Source: Phoronis australis (taxonomy: Eukaryota; Animalia; Phoronida). Taken from it: DNA of 64,000 nucleotides. The notes beneath the pieces are model-generated. The model searched no databases, was not told the origin of the DNA, and worked only from the letters and a program-made list of their open reading frames with translations. Shown here in pieces: positions 48,739 to 61,000 of the stretch; within the stretch, counting starts at the first letter, position 1, and each line of letters begins with the position of its first letter. The stretch is taken from positions 489,239 through 553,238 of the forward strand of contig NMRA01000015.1 of NCBI GenBank assembly GCA_002633005.1. Direction: 5' to 3'. The translations under genes were made by a program, and so were the position numbers.

Positions 48739-51700
48739 GGTCTTCTAAATCTACGGACATTTATTTTAGCTGGCCAAAAGCAAGAGCTACAACTGTGCTC
48801 CATGAAAGACTACGTAAAACACGACTTCTTTTGCAGACAGTCTACCCAAGTCATACGCTATACTCTTGTCTGGTGACTTTTTAAAATCACGCCAGTAGGC
48901 CTATATTAATACTGAGAGATTATTACACGGAAACTAACGAAGTTCATGGAGCAAAAATAGTGATCTCCCTCTTAATCTAAACCGACACTACTGCAAATTC
49001 ATGAGGAAATTGGTGAAAAAACGGCCCAAATCGATACAAAAGAAAAAAAGGCACCCAAGTCACTTGGATGCCGCACGGGCCGGAAACGCTCCACACCCAA
49101 TGACCGTCTCCAGCTTTGGGAATGATATACCATGACCGTAACACAATTTCGCATCTGGAATTCAGAGGCACGGCCACGGAATCTGGTCCGCGGTATAAGA
49201 ATTTGATCATGTATGGAGCATTTTCGGTGCTGTTGACAAAAAAAGACTAACATGAGTAGGTCTCATAAAATTGCTGCCAGATTAGGACCAAGAGACACTA
49301 GCGAGTAAAGCAAGTTTGATCCGCATGCTTTACTTATAATGCACGGCGACATCTCGTGAAGACTTCCGTGATCTCGCGTTTCTTGCAAGAAATTTGCTGA
49401 ACGGAACGCAGCACTACCGTAGGCCAACTACGGTGTATAATGAATAACTGCATCGATAAATTTGCTATGTACTAACTTTTGTGGTCGAGTTAGCAATTCG
49501 ACCACAAAAGTTAGTACTGAACTCTATCGATAGACTAAGAGTTATCAAGTCCATCGATAGAATTTTGTAACTCTGTCGGCAGAGATATCAACTCTATTGA
49601 TACAGTTTAAAACAAGTCTTTCAAAAGCGACCGATAGCAACTCTTTCAATAGACATAGGACAGGAGAAAAAAGAATGGCTTGTTGACCTTTAACAGCCAG
49701 GGGCTGCGACAACTCACGAAGCCTCACCATTTAGAAAATCTCTGCACTGAATGTGACAAAACTTAAATCGTTAAACAGTATTGCTTCTATCGCGTTTTTA
49801 ACATCTTTGTATCCGAAACGAAAAAAATTTGGAGGTGTGGAGTGACTTCAATATTTAGGTATTTAGCGATACATTGTGCGGGCTACAGGGTCAAGATAAT
49901 ATTGTTTAATCACACAGACCACCGTAATGTCATGTGTGTCAATGAACCTCATCCAGCCTGAGTCACGTCAACTTCCCTTTTCTCATGACAAGAGCTGCAT
50001 TATATGCGTTTAGGGCCAGGTAAAAGAGCTACAAGGGATTTATACAAAGTCAGGGCGTGAAAATCGGCTAAATAAACAAAAACATCCCCTCTCAAAGACA
50101 TTCTGCACCGGTCGCCCTGCAAGAGGCAAAACCCATAAATAACCCGGGGTGACAAAGTCAGTGAAAGACGAGCTCTAAGAAATTTAACCAGCCGCAAATC
50201 CATTCAACCTCTGATGCGACTCGTGTTCAGGTATTTGGATTACAGGTAAAAAACGTTGTTCAGAACTGCCTCCGACCTTTGCGCCTAACCACAAACAAAT
50301 ACGAGAACAATGCACGGTTTATTTGTCGACTTCATCAAAGAGACTGTGAGAAGACTTTTTTCCATTTGTGAAAACTTATCGTGTAACAGATCTCTGCCAT
50401 GTGCAATTCAAAAACCCACCTGCGCGCACACCCGAACATTACTATATAACCAGCTGATAATGTTCGTTACCACATGCCAGTTTAACTTAAACCTCATTCT
50501 CATTAAGAATGGCCCAAGGTATCGACCACTCGAGTAAAATGCACTGAATGAACCTTGTTCAATGATTAACACGTTTTCTTTAGACGTGAGATTTTTACAC
50601 TTGGCCAAAATTCTTTTTACCTTGCTTAGTGGGTGCACAATAGCCAGCACAGACAATTGAACCACAATGGTTTAACAGGAACGATATTGAAACTATTTAG
50701 GATTTTTCACTAACTAAAGCCATCGACAGCTTCGATGCATGGACGTTAAATGTTCACTGGACGCTAAATGTCCGATGTCCATTTAATAAATAAGAAACCA
50801 ATAACAACAATGTCAAAAAAGTCCAACATTCACTTTAATTTGGCGCTAAAGCTTAATAAATATTTAGTCGATAAACTCCTTATTTTTCGAACCAAAAGTT
50901 AAGTTTGCACACCACGCCTCCTCGTATACCGACCCTAAAACTGGGCACGACTAAAAATATATTATTTAACAATTGACAAAAGAATTTTTAATCATGTAAA
51001 CAAAATACATTGATGACAACAATGAAACTGAAACAAATTTCCTGTCACCTACCTATCCATATCGCAGAGAAGGTCTAATTTTTAAATTTGGCGTTAAACG
51101 TTATTTATTTTTCGTGAATGTATTTCTAAAAACGATTAAATCTGCCAAATGCAGTCCAGTCTATGTTATGTAGACTTCGATTCTGATCCGTGGTTCTATA
51201 CTTAAGTGGTTATCTTACTTTACATTTTGGTGCCAAGATAAATGATAACACGAAGACCCACTAAACAACAAGCCGGGCCCCTGACGGAAACTTCTACTTT
51301 TTGCGAGTGGACACAGCTGTCGTTTGCGGAAACCACATGCCCATAATTATTGCCTTTGTCGGAGGAAATACTCGTATACGGAGAGATGACGACATCTGAG
51401 GTAGGAGTGGGATAAGAAGAGCTGATGACAAGTTTGAGCGGGCAACTGTTTTGAGTCAAACTGATTAGTTACGCAATAATTGAAGTTTCTTTTCAAATTC
51501 CTCAAAAGTATTCCTTTGGTGGTCCTGAAACCTTATCGACCAATTAGCCTAGTTCTCACAAGAACAGCCCGAGGAACAATATACACAAAAATAGAATCGT
51601 GAACCATTTAAATTCAGTGTTGATTTTTACAATGTTTGGAGGTTTTTAAAGAACAACAGTACATAAATTAAAAATATGGTTCAGAGAAAACCTTACCATT

Positions 51701-52019
51701 TGGGTACAATAGCTTTGTGAAAATCTTGTTACCCAGAACCATATACTTTCTTACTACACCCAAGGTTTAGCATGACCTCTGAACCAGAGAAGGCTTTCGA
51801 TTTTTTAAAATGGAAAATTAACTGAGCTACAAGAATCGAATTTGTTCAAAACCAGACAATAACGTGAAAATTGTACAGTAAAATTTTCGCTTAGTCAGAC
51901 CGCGAAACTATAACTGTGGTAAACACCTTTTATTTCTTCAATGAAGGAAATGAATGTCCTTAGTGAGGAAGTCTTCAATGAAGTTCTTAAAACGAATTAA
52001 GGTGACGGAGGACTTTAGA

Positions 52020-52250
52020 AAAAATGACCAAATCTAACTTTGGAACATCCTCTCTCAAAGATGGCGGACCAGAGTCATATGCAAATTTATGCAGTGTTCT
52101 CCAAAACGCTTTTGATTATTTATAAAATGTTCCACGTCCATATAAATGAGACTTCAAATTTTCATGTAAAAACTCTACACAATACGAAAACAAAACATTT
52201 TAGAAAACTGTAACATCGTGATCTCGATCTTCATAATTTTATCAAATAAA
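52020..52250 (+). mobile_element. Dispersed repeat fragment related to 5350-5600
   Basis: Same colinear blocks as 5350-5600. Confidence 0.55.
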
Positions 52251-52297
52251 CTTCGATCATGTTACACCTTGTTGTGCTATCCATGAACCTTTTCATG

Positions 52298-52381
52298 TAC
52301 CAAGACATGGTCACGTGACCAAATCGTACCAAGACATGGTCAGGTTACCAAATTGTACCAAGACATGGCCACGTGACCAAA
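52298..52381. repeat. ~29-bp repeat x3
   Basis: gtaccaagacatggtcacgtgaccaaat. Confidence 0.9.
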
Positions 52382-52776
52382 TTAAGAACAGATTGGTAAA
52401 AGGAAACCTTCAAATTCTACGGTTTTCTACTTTCAGAAAATATATAATTTTACCCAATTAAAATCTATAGACATTTGGTTAACTGTGCAGTCTTGTCAAC
52501 AAGGGCTTGTGTAAACTCAGTCTCCTTTGGAAAAAGATTTTAATTGTTGCCTTTCCCATTTTCCAAGTGAAAACAATGACAATGGTATAAATATTCATCA
52601 CCTTGTCTATAGTAAAATAAACATGTTATCGTCCAAGTTTCATGCCTTAAGGCCATTCACGTTTTTCCAAGAATTTCGTGAGGAAACTGTAATACTCACT
52701 ATAAATGTTTAATGGCTTAAGAAGGCCAGACATACAACAATGACAGAAGAGAAGTCAGACACAAGCAAGACACGAT

Positions 52777-52782
52777 TTTATT
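52777..52782 (-). terminator. Candidate ACC poly(A) signal
   Basis: AATAAA on the minus strand about 2.4 kb after the stop, with T/G-rich downstream sequence. Confidence 0.45.
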
Positions 52783-54464
52783 CATTTCCCAATTTTCAAA
52801 GACAAAGCACAAGTATCTAACATACAGGTTGATAGGCGCGTTCATTTACTCCAAAAGGCGGTCAAGTATAAATGGTCAACTGATACATCTTTCCATTAAA
52901 ACTGACAGTACTGGTTAAACACTGCTGACCCATACCTGGCCGAAGGCAATACCTGACAAAATACCTTTCATCTCTGCTATTCACACTTACTTGAGTTGGA
53001 CTCAGCGCCACCTGGAGGATTACATTATGTTCATGAAGTATACAAAGACTATTAGGCCATAACAATGGAACTCATAAAACGATATCAATTTGACACTATA
53101 CTGCTGAAAATCATCAACAAGTTCGCAAAATATCTGAATTCGCCACAGAAAATTTAAGTTTTCAGCAAAAACAAGACTTAAACAACACATCGCTTGATTG
53201 CTTGATTTTCTGAACTACACAAAAATTTACTTCAGTCCCACCCTGCGAATAACGAACAATATGTGCGTATATTACCAATATCACATTTTCACCTCCAAAA
53301 AACATGATATCATAACTTTATAAATTCGCTTGAAAGTAGTGCTTTAAAAAAATCTATTACTACATTCAAACTATCAATACATTTTTCAAGTACACAAATA
53401 TTACAGATGCACCAACATTTCTGTTCACTAGTTGAGACATATTGTAATTGCCTTGAATGGGGGGGGGGGGGNGGGGGTCACTGTGACCTGGCCAGGATCA
53501 GTGACTAGACACCCAAATAAAATCAACCTACAAATGACCTAACTATTCCATGTGACAAATGGACCACAAACACTTCACACTATTGGCTTCTGAAACATTC
53601 ATTTATCAATCGAATGGTCCAATTAACAGCATCATACAATACACAAACTTCCATTTTAACTAAGCAATAACAAAAACACAAGCCACAAATATTTTCATCT
53701 AATGCCCTAAACCTACACAAGCTCTCATTTATGCACAAAAGTGTAACCCAAACCTGACCACAGCTTCATTGAAAACTTTACACAAACGAATCCTCTTTTT
53801 CATAATTTCACAATTTCACAACCCATTACACTTGAGGCGTGTTTCAAGGGAATCACCAGCTGCAGAATGGATGTGCCAAGCCAACACATGAAGGTTGTTG
53901 TACACCAAGGCCACACTCAGCCATACAGGTATATTACAGGTAACAGCCATACAGGTAACAAATCTCGGCCAACTTATTATTGCCCCTTCTTGCTCATCAC
54001 AACCTAGTAAACATAAATAATAAATAATAAACAATGTTATTGGAAAATTCACAGTGTACCTTGCTTCCCTTACAACTGACACTACAGTTCACAACTCAGT
54101 TTCAGGCGACCAGTGGTAAAAAAATACTCAACGAATCTCCAGTCAGAACATGGCACACTCGTACCATGTTTAAAAATATTTCCACTTGTACACGTTTTTC
54201 ACAACAGATATTTCACAAAATAAAATTTCACTTGTTGGCCATGTTGAATACTAAATTGCCTGTAAATGACTCCAAACGTTCAGTGCTATAGTCTGAGCTC
54301 ATTAAAAACAAGAGGCCCATTCCACTAAAACGTCACAACTTTACGACACTTTTTCGACAACGTCTAAATGGAGGCCAAAACTAACAGCTAGTTGTAAGTC
54401 TCCGTTTTGACTCAGTGTTAAAAACACTGGGAAGTTACGATATTTTAGCGAAACAGAGCCCAAG

Positions 54465-54760
54465 GAGTGACAAACAGGGCCCCACCCCTAGGTGACAAAC
54501 AGGGCCCCACACTCAGGTGTGACAAACAGGGCCCTGCCCCCAAGTGAGACAACCAGGGCCTTGCCCCCAAGTATGACAAACAAAGTCCCACCCTCAGGTG
54601 GGACAAATGGAACCGCATCCAGGTGTGACAAACAGGACCCCATCCCCAGGTGTGACAAACAAAGCCCCCCAGGTGCGACAAACAGGGGCCCATCCACAGG
54701 TGTGACAAACAGGGTGCCGTCCCCAGATGTAACAAACACGACACCGCCCAAGTGAGACAA
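54465..54760. repeat. Degenerate ~27-bp minisatellite in the putative ACC 3' UTR
   Basis: caggtgtgacaaacagggcccc.. about 10 units. Confidence 0.85.
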
Positions 54761-55162
54761 AATGACCAGTTCTCATGACCCAATATGGCCCACAACTGAA
54801 AGGACATTCTATTTCTTTTTTTTCATAAATGACAAGTGCCATCAAAATGATCAAGTCCTATACAGCGCCAATCACCGAACAATTGCTAGAAAAATTGATT
54901 TACATTTCTGTAGTTATGTTTCTCACGTGCATCCACAATGATACAGCTGTAATCTCAAACTGCATCTTGCTTAGCTTAATTGTATCATATGATGGAAAAA
55001 TCATAGTAAAATTCCCTAATAGAAATATTAAAATATTCAGTTTTGCTTCATTGTATAATTTTTTAACAGTGCAGCAATCATTTAACACACAGTGAATTTT
55101 CAGCATTTTTAGCAAAGATTGACACTTCATCCTAATTTTCCAAAACCACGGCATTGAGTTAC

Positions 55163-55295
55163 TCACTTTGATTCTTCTATAGATGTCTCCATTGTTGCTA
55201 GGATACGTGCGACCTCTGACCTTTGACTTGAGGTCATATTCTGGGTTATGTGCACCATTGCATCCATGGCAACATCAGAGTTTTTATCAATTAAA
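55163..55295 (-). CDS. ACACA: ACC last coding exon
   Basis: ttcag|...TGA; [20 protein letters not shown]. Confidence 0.9.
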
Positions 55296-58200
55296 CTGAA
55301 ATAAAAAGATATCAAAACCAAATGCAAATGTGACCACCAGATTTACAAACTGTGGTAGGTTTCCAAAAAACTTACAAAATTTTGTATCCACGCAATTGTG
55401 ACGGAAAAATGTTGCGCTATTTTCAAGTGATTTAGTGTTTATTTTGGTCTGTTTTCCTACTGCGTTATTAACACATCCTGAACAAGAGCAACAAGGAGCG
55501 TTGAAAAACGCCCACGAATGCATCGCAAATGGTGCGCTTTTAGGGGGTTTTGTTTGTATCATTGAAATGGCCACTAGATGGTGCAAAATATGTCAAATCC
55601 ATCCGAAAACCAAAAAAATGTCTTCGTTTCTTTAAAAGAAAGCCATTTACCAAATTTCATAAAAATTTGTCGAGGAACTTCAGAGAAACAGAGGAAAACG
55701 AAAAAAACGAAATTGCCACTAGGGGGCACAGTGTTTGTCGGATCCGTCTAAAAGTCGTCGTCTTCTCTAGTTAACTTCATATAAATACACGTGCTAAATC
55801 AATAAAGATCCTGCAGAGGGCTTAGGAGATACAGGTATAGGTGCAAAAAAGCCACTAGGAGGCGCCACAGTACTCAAAGTCATCGGAAAATCATTTTCAA
55901 CTGTCCCTTTCATAGAAAGAACATACATGCCAACTTTCACAATCATCCTTAGAGTGGTTTGGTTGGCAGAGAGACGCTTGGACGCCCAGACAGAGATGAC
56001 GGCAATATGCGACCACATATAAATACGTGGGTGCATAATAAAAAGTCAGCCAAATTTCAACGAAATTCTTCAACATTTTTTTGAAATTTTCCAGATGGAT
56101 GCCACCAGAGTTCCACCATTATATAAATTGAAACAATTGAATCCACCTTTTTAAGACTTCTTAGCGATCGAGATGTGAATGAGTCAAAGTTCAAAGTGAG
56201 CTCTAGGAATACTTGATTTGAGCATTTTAACAAGTATTTAGGGAGGTCCCATTATTGGGAGCAGAGGGTATGGACACAGTCTTGTTCAACTACCTCACAT
56301 CACTGTTGCTTTGTCGTCACCCTGTTTACCCCCATTTCCCAAAGACAGTTGCCCCCTCTCGCCCACTGCTGCCCTGTTAGAACTACACAGAAGACACGAT
56401 CAAGCAAAAAAGAACACCTCAGAAACGAAAAAGTGTAAAAACATTTAGATGGTGAGCAAGGAATGACAAATAAACTGATTACCACACAGGTTTTTTACGA
56501 AAACCCGTAAACTCCAAAAACGCAAAAACGACATAATTGGTTGTGGTCAGCACAATACAGCAGCTCCTCAGTTTTAAAAGTGAAAAATTAGGAGGATCGT
56601 GATACGTTTCAGACGAGACTGGCAAAAAGAAGGACTGCAACCCATTTCCCCTGGCATCAGGTGACACTGAGGAAAAACGTACCCCAATCCCGTTTCAGGT
56701 GGCATCAATTGACTTTTTCTTTTTGAAAATATGGACAATGAAAAAATACTGCATCGCTGCATCGACTTTCAACCAAAACAGACCAGAACAAATTGCACTA
56801 TTTTCTTTGGCCAAACCAAAGAGAGGTGTGCAGCTGTTATCTTTCATTTCCAAACAACACAATGATCAAATTTCTTCACAACAGTCTTGTCACTCAAACA
56901 CTGAAGGTATGTAAGAATTAGCAAGTCAAGCCGGGTGAAAAATTTTTCCATTCATCCCTATTGAGATAAGAAGCGAGTGGTTTAATGTGACTTTATAATT
57001 AGACAACACACTGGCAATAGAAAGGTGTTCACTAAAGTCAATCTCCGTTGAAGCCTCAAGGTACATTGAAAAGAGTATTGAAAAGACTTTCCATGTTTAT
57101 TGGGTTAGAACTGCAGACGTTGTGGTTCAGAGATCTCAAACGGGGTTCAGAGATCACAAACGTGATAGACAACCATGGCCCCGGGCTATTTCATCGAGGA
57201 CATCCAAACACTGCAGGGGATGGTCTAGATTTTAAGATTTTAACAGGCCTACCAAACCAAAACATTCGTTTAGCAAGATATCATAAAAAGGCTAGAAACA
57301 CATTTGTTTGTAGAAAAGTGACAATTTCTTTGATGTTACAAATATGCGATACATTAGATAATTTCATCTATTTTTTTTCCAATGTATTTAGTCTCTACAA
57401 CAGAACTACTAAATATGGTAATGCCTATAATTGAATGAAAACTTTAAACTTTTGCATTGACTGAACTATAGTATCACGTTTCACAGTGAATTGGTCATTA
57501 CAGTGTTACTCAGTTTACGCTACACAAGTCATGGTAAGTTCTACTTTTTGGCACATTCACATCCACAGCAGCTAATAATAAGTAATACCAACCTTTACAT
57601 TGTTAGCTCATTCGCGTACACACTAGCCAATGATAAACCCCTCCTCATATAGTGTTGACTCATTTACATATGCACTAGCCAATGATAAACCCCTCCTCAT
57701 ATAGTGTTGACTCATTTACATATGCACTAGCCAATGATAAACCCCTCCTCATACAGTGTTGACTCATTTACACAAAAGCAAAAACAAGTAGTATGATCGT
57801 TTGTTCTGCAATGTTGACTACTTCTCCAGCACAGAGCAATTATTCCTTTTTATGAACAAAGTTGACTAAGTCACATGACATGATATTCACAACAAGGGCA
57901 ATGTCTGGTGGGAGAAATTACTCTGAAGAACCATTTCACAAAATTGCAAAAAAGCTACTTATTTGTGAAGATTCGATAAAATGCAAAATGTGTCAGTTTA
58001 TACACACTTGTATCACATAGTTATCAGCTTTAACTTTGTTGATTATTGGTTGCTGCTCAAGACGTGATCTACACAAATGACCTCTGTGTTCTGATTGACC
58101 GGACTAATAACCCACGGCGCCACCTAGAGAAGTCTTCTACACAGTGCCTGATATATGAACTCAACTTTAACTTAACTACCCGTTGTATTTGTATTTTTCT

Positions 58201-59639
58201 CCCTGTTCTCAACACAGAGTGTCCAGTACCCAATGTTAAATGAAAGTGATGGCTCCATATGACTAAAACTAACTTACCTGCGAATGAGCTGTATCACATA
58301 ATCTCTCTTGACAAACTTTATATTTTCTGACAACACAGAGTGCTCGGCAGTGCCACGCAGCTGTTTATCGAGCCACTCGACCACCGCAGCATTATCCTCC
58401 CACTTGTAAGCCTAAAGAGAGACACAACAGAACAGTGATTAACACAAACAGCTGGTCAATAAAAAGTGTTCTAATCGCTGCGAGCAGTCCATCCTCAACT
58501 TTTGAGGCACTTTTGACTGCTTACAACCACCAGTATTACATTTAAAAATATTGTATTCGTGTTTATTTTGTGTATTTGTAATATTTACCAATTTCTGTAC
58601 TTAAGTCACAAAATAAGTATTTTGTTGGATGCATACAGTGTTGACTCATTTATAGTAAACAAAACAACTATTGTGTTGATGAATAGGCTGCAATGAGAGG
58701 CAATGGAGGAGGATAAGGGGTCAAAATCTGCTCTCTGTCCTCCAGATTCCGCTGTTAGACAAAATATTCACAAACTGTACTATATACAGTAAAAAATATA
58801 CAATTTTTAACAACAATAATTTGCCAAAACTGACGTACTTCTATTTTTACCACATTACAGCAAATGGTCAAAATTTTACCAAAACGTTGTTAGGTAAATT
58901 ATAACCACAAATGTAGCACTATTTATGCCATACACATCAAGCTGAAAGCAAACTAAATTTTCATGAAAAGTCATATTTGTTAAGAAATTTTACAAAATGA
59001 ATTTTCACTTGTCTTCCATATTGTGTGCCCAACTGACGAATGTTAGCATACAAAACAAAAAACATTTCCAAGAAGTGTAACAACTTTGACATTCCTGGCA
59101 TCACATGACACCAAATGATAAGCAATCATGGCGATTTTTCAATTATTTCAGATAAAATTATTTCCAAAATTGACATTTTTTAATTGTTCATAAGTCATCT
59201 ACCATGATGCTACAAATGATGATAGTTTAATGGCAGATACAGCTGCAGTAAAAATAGAACCAGCAACTGAGTAAAATTTTGATAATGTAAAGGTTTGTTG
59301 ACAAAATAACAAAATAAAAATTCTCTTGTCTGTTACACTGCATGCAAAATAAATTATTGATTGCAAACATCTTGTGTTGACAGCGCCCTCTGACTCAACC
59401 AAATAAAATTACACTTGTCTGCCTATTTTTGCTGTCTGTAACGCAAATGACAAGTTACGCTTACTTACATTGACTGTGCCCTCTGCCTCTGCAAACCACC
59501 GGCCAACCATAGCCTTGATCTGACCATTGGTCAACTCTGGGTTGACATTGGACACTCGACTACAAGCCTCCTGTTCCAATAACAATCGTCGTAGGCGCCA
59601 ATAGAAAAACTTACGTGACGTCCGCCAAGACAGCGTATC
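55163..59639 (-). CDS. ACACA: Acetyl-CoA carboxylase, last three coding exons; rest of gene lies beyond 64000
   Basis: Exons 59639-59469, 58411-58278, 55295-55163 splice in phase to [109 protein letters not shown], the recognisable metazoan ACC C-terminus. Missed by the ORF track. Confidence 0.93.
55481..56044 (-). mobile_element. Same HINE-like family, copy in the last ACC intron
   Basis: Reverse complement of the same ends (AACAAGAGCAAC..CGCCCACGAATGC; CCACATATAAATACGTGGGTGCATAA). Confidence 0.85.
57621..57771. repeat. 52-bp repeat x3
   Basis: cactagccaatgataaacccctcctcatatagtgttgactcatttacatatg. Confidence 0.93.
58278..58411 (-). CDS. ACACA: ACC penultimate coding exon
   Basis: ttag|...|gtaag; [18 protein letters not shown]. 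Confidence 0.92.
59469..59639 (-). CDS. ACACA: ACC exon ([12 protein letters not shown])
   Basis: ccag|...|gtaag, 57 codons. Confidence 0.93.
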
Positions 59640-60511
59640 CTGGAACCAAGGAATGGGGTATGATTTGAAAGTTTGTTTGAATGCTTAGAAGATTTGACGG
59701 CCCACACTAGACACAGACTTGTTTACAGATTTCATAGCCTGTGTCTTTGTGTACACCAGCTCCTTCAGTATTCTAGCCCCCAAGAAATACTCAACTCATT
59801 TATCTTTGAGTAACAGTAATGGAACCTACTCGAATACTTGAGTTGCTATTGGCTACCCATCTTTTATTTAACTCTTGCACAGCAAGTTTATGTTCACATT
59901 GATGTCTATCCTTGGTTTGTGAGTTCTGCACCTGTAGGTGTCGTAGCTAGTAAACTGGAATACTACGATAAGATGATGGCTGAAATTGGCCAACTACTCA
60001 GCATGGCTAGTGAGGTCCGGATCACAATTTTAAATCATACAGTTTCTTTATGGACATTGCTGATGGACATCCAAAATACAATACAATAAGGTGATTTTTA
60101 AATGGAAAATATGGTAAAGATGGTGCTGGAAACTATTTTCCAAGGCCTCCTATTGCAGGTAGAGACAGCTAGTTATCACATGGTCATAGTGTTCCGGGCT
60201 GAAGTCACTGCATTAAATAGAGCTTTATAATTGACATGACAATTTGACTGTGAGCTGGGTAGGCAGCCAATTACCATTTTTCTGATTACCAAGTATCCAT
60301 TAAAGCCCTAAAGAAACCCAGGGTGATGTAATGCTTGTAGTAATGAGCTTAACAAGCTTATGGTGGAGAGCACAGTGAACATACACTGGTCAAGGCCTAC
60401 ATAACAATTGATGGCAATGAAAATGCAGGATAGACTCCTAGAAATGGTGTTCTCCATTCAATGCACCTGAACCTAACGTAACAGAAGCTGCAAGACGAGA
60501 TTATGCAATAA

Positions 60512-61000
60512 GGTATGAATCCAGTGAACAGTCCAATGGGTATGTAGAAAGCGAACAGTCCAATGCGTATGTACCCAGCGAACAGTCCAATGGGTATGTA
60601 CCCAGTGAACAGTCCAATGGGAATGTACCCAGTGAACAGTCCAATGGGTATGTACCCAGTGAACATTCCAATGGGAATGTACCCAGTGAACATTCCAATG
60701 GGAATGTACCCAGTGAACAGTCCAATGCGTATGTACCCAGTGAACAGTCCAGTGGGTATGTACCCGGTGAACAGTAATGTGGGTATGTACCCGGTAAACA
60801 GTCCAATGGGTATGTACCCGGTGAACAGTCTTGTGGGTATGTACCCGGTTAACAGTCCAATGGGTATGTACCCGGAGAATAGCCCAGTGGGTATGTAACC
60901 GGTGAACAGTCCAATGGGTATGTACGCAGTGAACAGTCCAGTGGGTATTTACCCAGTGAACAGTCCAGTGGGTATGTACCCGGTGAACAGTCCAATGGGC
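60512..61000. repeat. 27-bp minisatellite ~x18
   Basis: gtatgtacccagtgaacagtccaatgg. Confidence 0.96.
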
